A stretch of 64,000 nt of DNA, taken from the NCBI GenBank assembly GCA_964016885.1, contig OZ024740.1, positions 252,650,001-252,714,000 of the forward strand. Reading direction: 5' to 3'. Below, piece by piece: positions 60,190-64,000 of this stretch. Every line of letters starts with the position of its first letter. Within the stretch, counting starts at the first letter, position 1. Both the position numbers and the translations under genes were made by a program. This DNA comes from Eledone cirrhosa. Lineage: Eukaryota. The notes below the pieces were generated by a model, which made no database searches, was not told where the DNA came from, and saw nothing but the letters and a program-made list of their open reading frames with translations.

Positions 60190-63100
60190 TAATCTTGTTA
60201 GCCAGGCTAACAAGATACTGAAAACCACCATGTTCTGTTGTCTACGAAAAACAATAACATCTCGACAACTACACTTCATAAAAGAATGTGCCTCATCCCG
60301 AGTTTACACCAACACCATCAACACCGATGTAAGAAGATTACAGCTCACCAAAAAGCAAGCAGATAGGCTAAAACGAACACTAATTCTAAACATAAAAAAG
60401 ATCTATAGAGAATTAAGTCATCAAGAAAAACATAAGCGTAACCTAATATAAGAAATAACTAAGATCACCACACCAAGAGAAAAACTAATATTTATAAACC
60501 TTATTACGTCATGAAGAACAGTACATTTTTCAAGAATGTGATAAGCACTTTAACAAGAAACTAAAGTGGCTTAAACAGATAAAACTACATCAAGATACTT
60601 TAGAAAATACCAATAGATATCCCGACAAAATTGACGGTATACATATGGCCGACATCTCATCAACAACAACAACACAAATATATAGGCAACACTACGGTCG
60701 ACTCTGATGAATTATCTGTATTACAACTTCCACCTAAGTATGCAACATTCAAGAAGGTAAATATAATTAGATGTTTGTCAGAAATAGAAAAATCATTTAC
60801 AAAATTACGTTGGAGCCTCAAAATCAAAAACAAAAGTAACAACATATGCACACACACACATACAACACACATCCCAACAACAACAGACACACAGACACAA
60901 ACAACAATAACAACAACACACACATCAACAATAATAACATACTCAGAGACAACAACAACAGACACGCAGACACAACAATAATAACACAGACGGAGACAAC
61001 AACAACAGCACACATCAACAACAACACACACATTCAATGCCTCTCACCACCACCACAATCTTAAACGCACAGACACAGAAAACAGGTAATGGCAGTAGCA
61101 CAGAAATAAGGGAAGGTAATAGGATTGAAAGGAGAAGGGAGACTATGGACAGAGAAAATAACCAAGACGAACACACAGACACACAAAATAGAGTAGATAA
61201 TAACAATGAGCCAGAGGAAAGAGACAGGAGTAATAATGAGACGTAGAAACAACCATGAGGCTGTTGGTGTAAATAGAAATAGAAACAACACAACTAACAA
61301 TAACAATAGCACTAGTACACATAAAGCAGCAGCCTGGAACTCTACTTTTTATAATCCCTCCGATAAGTCGTTCGACCTGCGACGAGTCCACGCCACGACT
61401 TTACCTTTTAACAAACGCACGCAATTGCCGTCGCAGGTCGATGAACAAACAGAAGCACAATTTAGTATAGCTAGATCTAAACTTAGAAATATTATAGAAC
61501 AGTATAGCAAGAAGCATAATAGAATGGAGGCCCAGCAACTGGGAGAAAAATCTGCAAATGGCTTGCGTAAGCTCATGCAGCGCTCGCGTAATGGAGAGAT
61601 AGCATGCTTTCCAACAGACAAGTCTGGCAGAACGTCGGTTGACAGTCTGCCAAACTACATCCAGGCAATGCAACCCCACATCACTAACACAAGAGAAGTG
61701 ATACTACAAGAGCATGAGGATAGAAAAAAGCCCTCAATGCCCATATGGTGATGTGGACAAATATAATGCAGCCCAACAAAAGGACTGCCAACAACTTCCA
61801 GGCCTGGAACAATGACGTGCCAGCGTTGTATGGGCTTCGAAAAGACCATAAAACGGGCAGTGACCCTGTCAAGGGACCACCAACACGGCCAGTCTGTGGA
61901 GCTAACATTGCTAGTAACTACACACTGTCCTACTTCCTCTCCCTGATCATATGCCCCATCATTGAAATGTCCCCAGATGTATGTGACAGCACGGTGGACC
62001 TCCTCAGCAGAATCAGCGAGGTTAACCGATCTAGGGACCTAACAAACTGCATAATAGGTAGTATGGATGTTGTGTCCCTGTATCCATCTATTGACGTGGA
62101 TTTTGCTGTGAAGAAATGCGTAGAAATGATCAGTGAGAGCAATGTTGAGTTCCGTGGGATTGATACCGGTGAGCTGGGACTCCTACTTAAACTTACCTAT
62201 AGTAATAATTACCTAGACACATATGACATTACCAACCTGTGCCCTACAAGACCAGCAAGAGGCAGACCACCTACCATTACCTCAATAGCCAAGAAAACCC
62301 ACACAGATAGATGGAACGAGTGGATCAGAGCCATACGGACCCCCGAAAACCACGATGAACTAAAGAAAATGATTGCACATGCGGTGGGGGCCAGCATAAA
62401 ATTAACCCTTAAGGAACATATGTTCAAATTTAATGGAAAAACATATGCCCAAGAGGAACGAGCAGCCATTGGTGTTAGCATTGCAGGCGACATAGCTAAC
62501 TTATTCATGGTATGGTGGGACAGTAGACTTAAACTTAAACTTAAAGAACAATTAGAAGAACCCTTAACCCTGATAATGTACTCCCGCTATGTTGATGATA
62601 TAAACATCGTAGTTAAAATACCCCCACTAGAGAACAGTCAAGAATTAGAGAAAAACACAATGGAAAGCATCCAACAAATAGCTAACTCCATCCACCAGAG
62701 TATTAGAGTTACTATAGACTACCCAAGTAAACACCCCAACCATCGATTACCTGTACTAGACACAGAGCTCTGGTTAGATACCATTAATAACAAAAAACAA
62801 ATCCTCCATTCCCATTATGCCAAACCCATGACTTCCAAATATCTGATCCACAGAAACTCAGCTGTTTCGGACCATACCAAAATCAACATACTGATTGCGG
62901 ATTTGGTACGGGTGATGAGAAACGTGTCCCGCATGTGCAACCCCGAAGAACTAGAGAGACACATACAACACTTCATCCACCATATGCAGTTCTCTGGTTA
63001 CAATCAGAGAGATAAAATCAGAGTGTATAGAGGAGCCAGAATCAAATGGGGAAAATGGTAAATAATGACACAAATAGGACCTGCCCCTTGTATAGGAGCA

Positions 63101-63965
63101 CATTTTGGAATAGAATAGAAAGAACTAGGAATAAGGCTAATAGAATAAACTCATGGTATGATAGCAATAAATACCAGAGTGTAATTTCATCGATACAACC
63201 CCTAGAGGTGAATTAGCTTACAAATTTAGAAGGGCCCTAGATAAACATAAACTCAATATTAAGATAGTAGAAAGACTAGGTACCTCCATAAAAACACTTA
63301 TTAGCAAGACATACCCTTTTCAAAGACCCCCTGTATAGATAAGAAATGTATAACCTGTAAATTAAGCCCCCAGATTAACTGTAAAACTAGAAATGTAGTA
63401 TATAGCATAAGATGTACTGAAGGACAATGTAGAGACAAAAATATAGTGTACATAGGTGAGACAGCTCGTAGTGTAGGGGAACGGATAAATGAACACTGGC
63501 GAGACCTTCAAGATAGTAAAGAATCATCTGTACTCTACCAACATGCTAAAATAGAACATAAGGGTAAATTAGAGAACATAGAAATAAAAATAGAATCTAC
63601 ACACAGAAAAGATGCAATGTTTAGACAAATCACAGAGGCAATAAACATAAAAGAATTACAACCAAAATTAAATAGAAAACATGAGTGGAACAGCAACATC
63701 ACAACTTACAATTAAGGACAAAATGAAAACACACACACATATAGAACAAACAACCAACCTGTAACATGTAAATAAACAAATAAATAAATGAATATAAACA
63801 CACACAGACGCCTGGAAGTGGCGCATGCGCAGACTGAGCATACAACACACACACAGAAACAAGATGGCGTAGGACAGAACAAAGGAGAGGCACAAAAACA
63901 AAGAAAAGAATCCCCAGTCAATGAAGAGGTCACAGAATGTGTGACGAAAGAACTTTGACAATATA
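60190..63965 (+). mobile_element. Decayed near-full-length PLE of a different clade (Neptune-like)
   Basis: TDKSG, SMDVVSLYPSI, RYVDD, LPVLD, NVVYSIRC..YIGET; degenerate HHR at 63917-63959. Confidence 0.88.
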
Positions 63966-64000
63966 TAAACAACCATCTGGTTGTGGAACCAACCAACCAA

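Overview
Eukaryotic, gene-free, repeat-saturated window, most likely from a cephalopod (Octopus-like; inferred from repeat content). It is a mosaic of retroelements separated by long degenerate (TA)n/(TATG)n tracts, and the YI/CVCV ORFs are microsatellite artefacts. Contents: three RTE-type LINE subfamilies with (GAT)n tails, a second APE-RT LINE family, two tRNA-headed SINEs, a tRNA-like cloverleaf, and many Penelope-like elements (PLEs, RT + GIY-YIG), one with an intact 910-aa ORF. The main non-obvious signal, read by eye, is a set of about 15 type I hammerhead ribozyme (HHR) motifs from about 9 PLE families in the pseudo-LTRs. They show core variants (U3:A8, U4C, U4A), different palindromic stem III loops, and in two families a giant (~90-100 nt) stem II. 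Where an element end is visible it lies ~25-65 nt after the cleavage site, at a (TA)n tract. All folds are manual, no activity was tested, and element boundaries are approximate.
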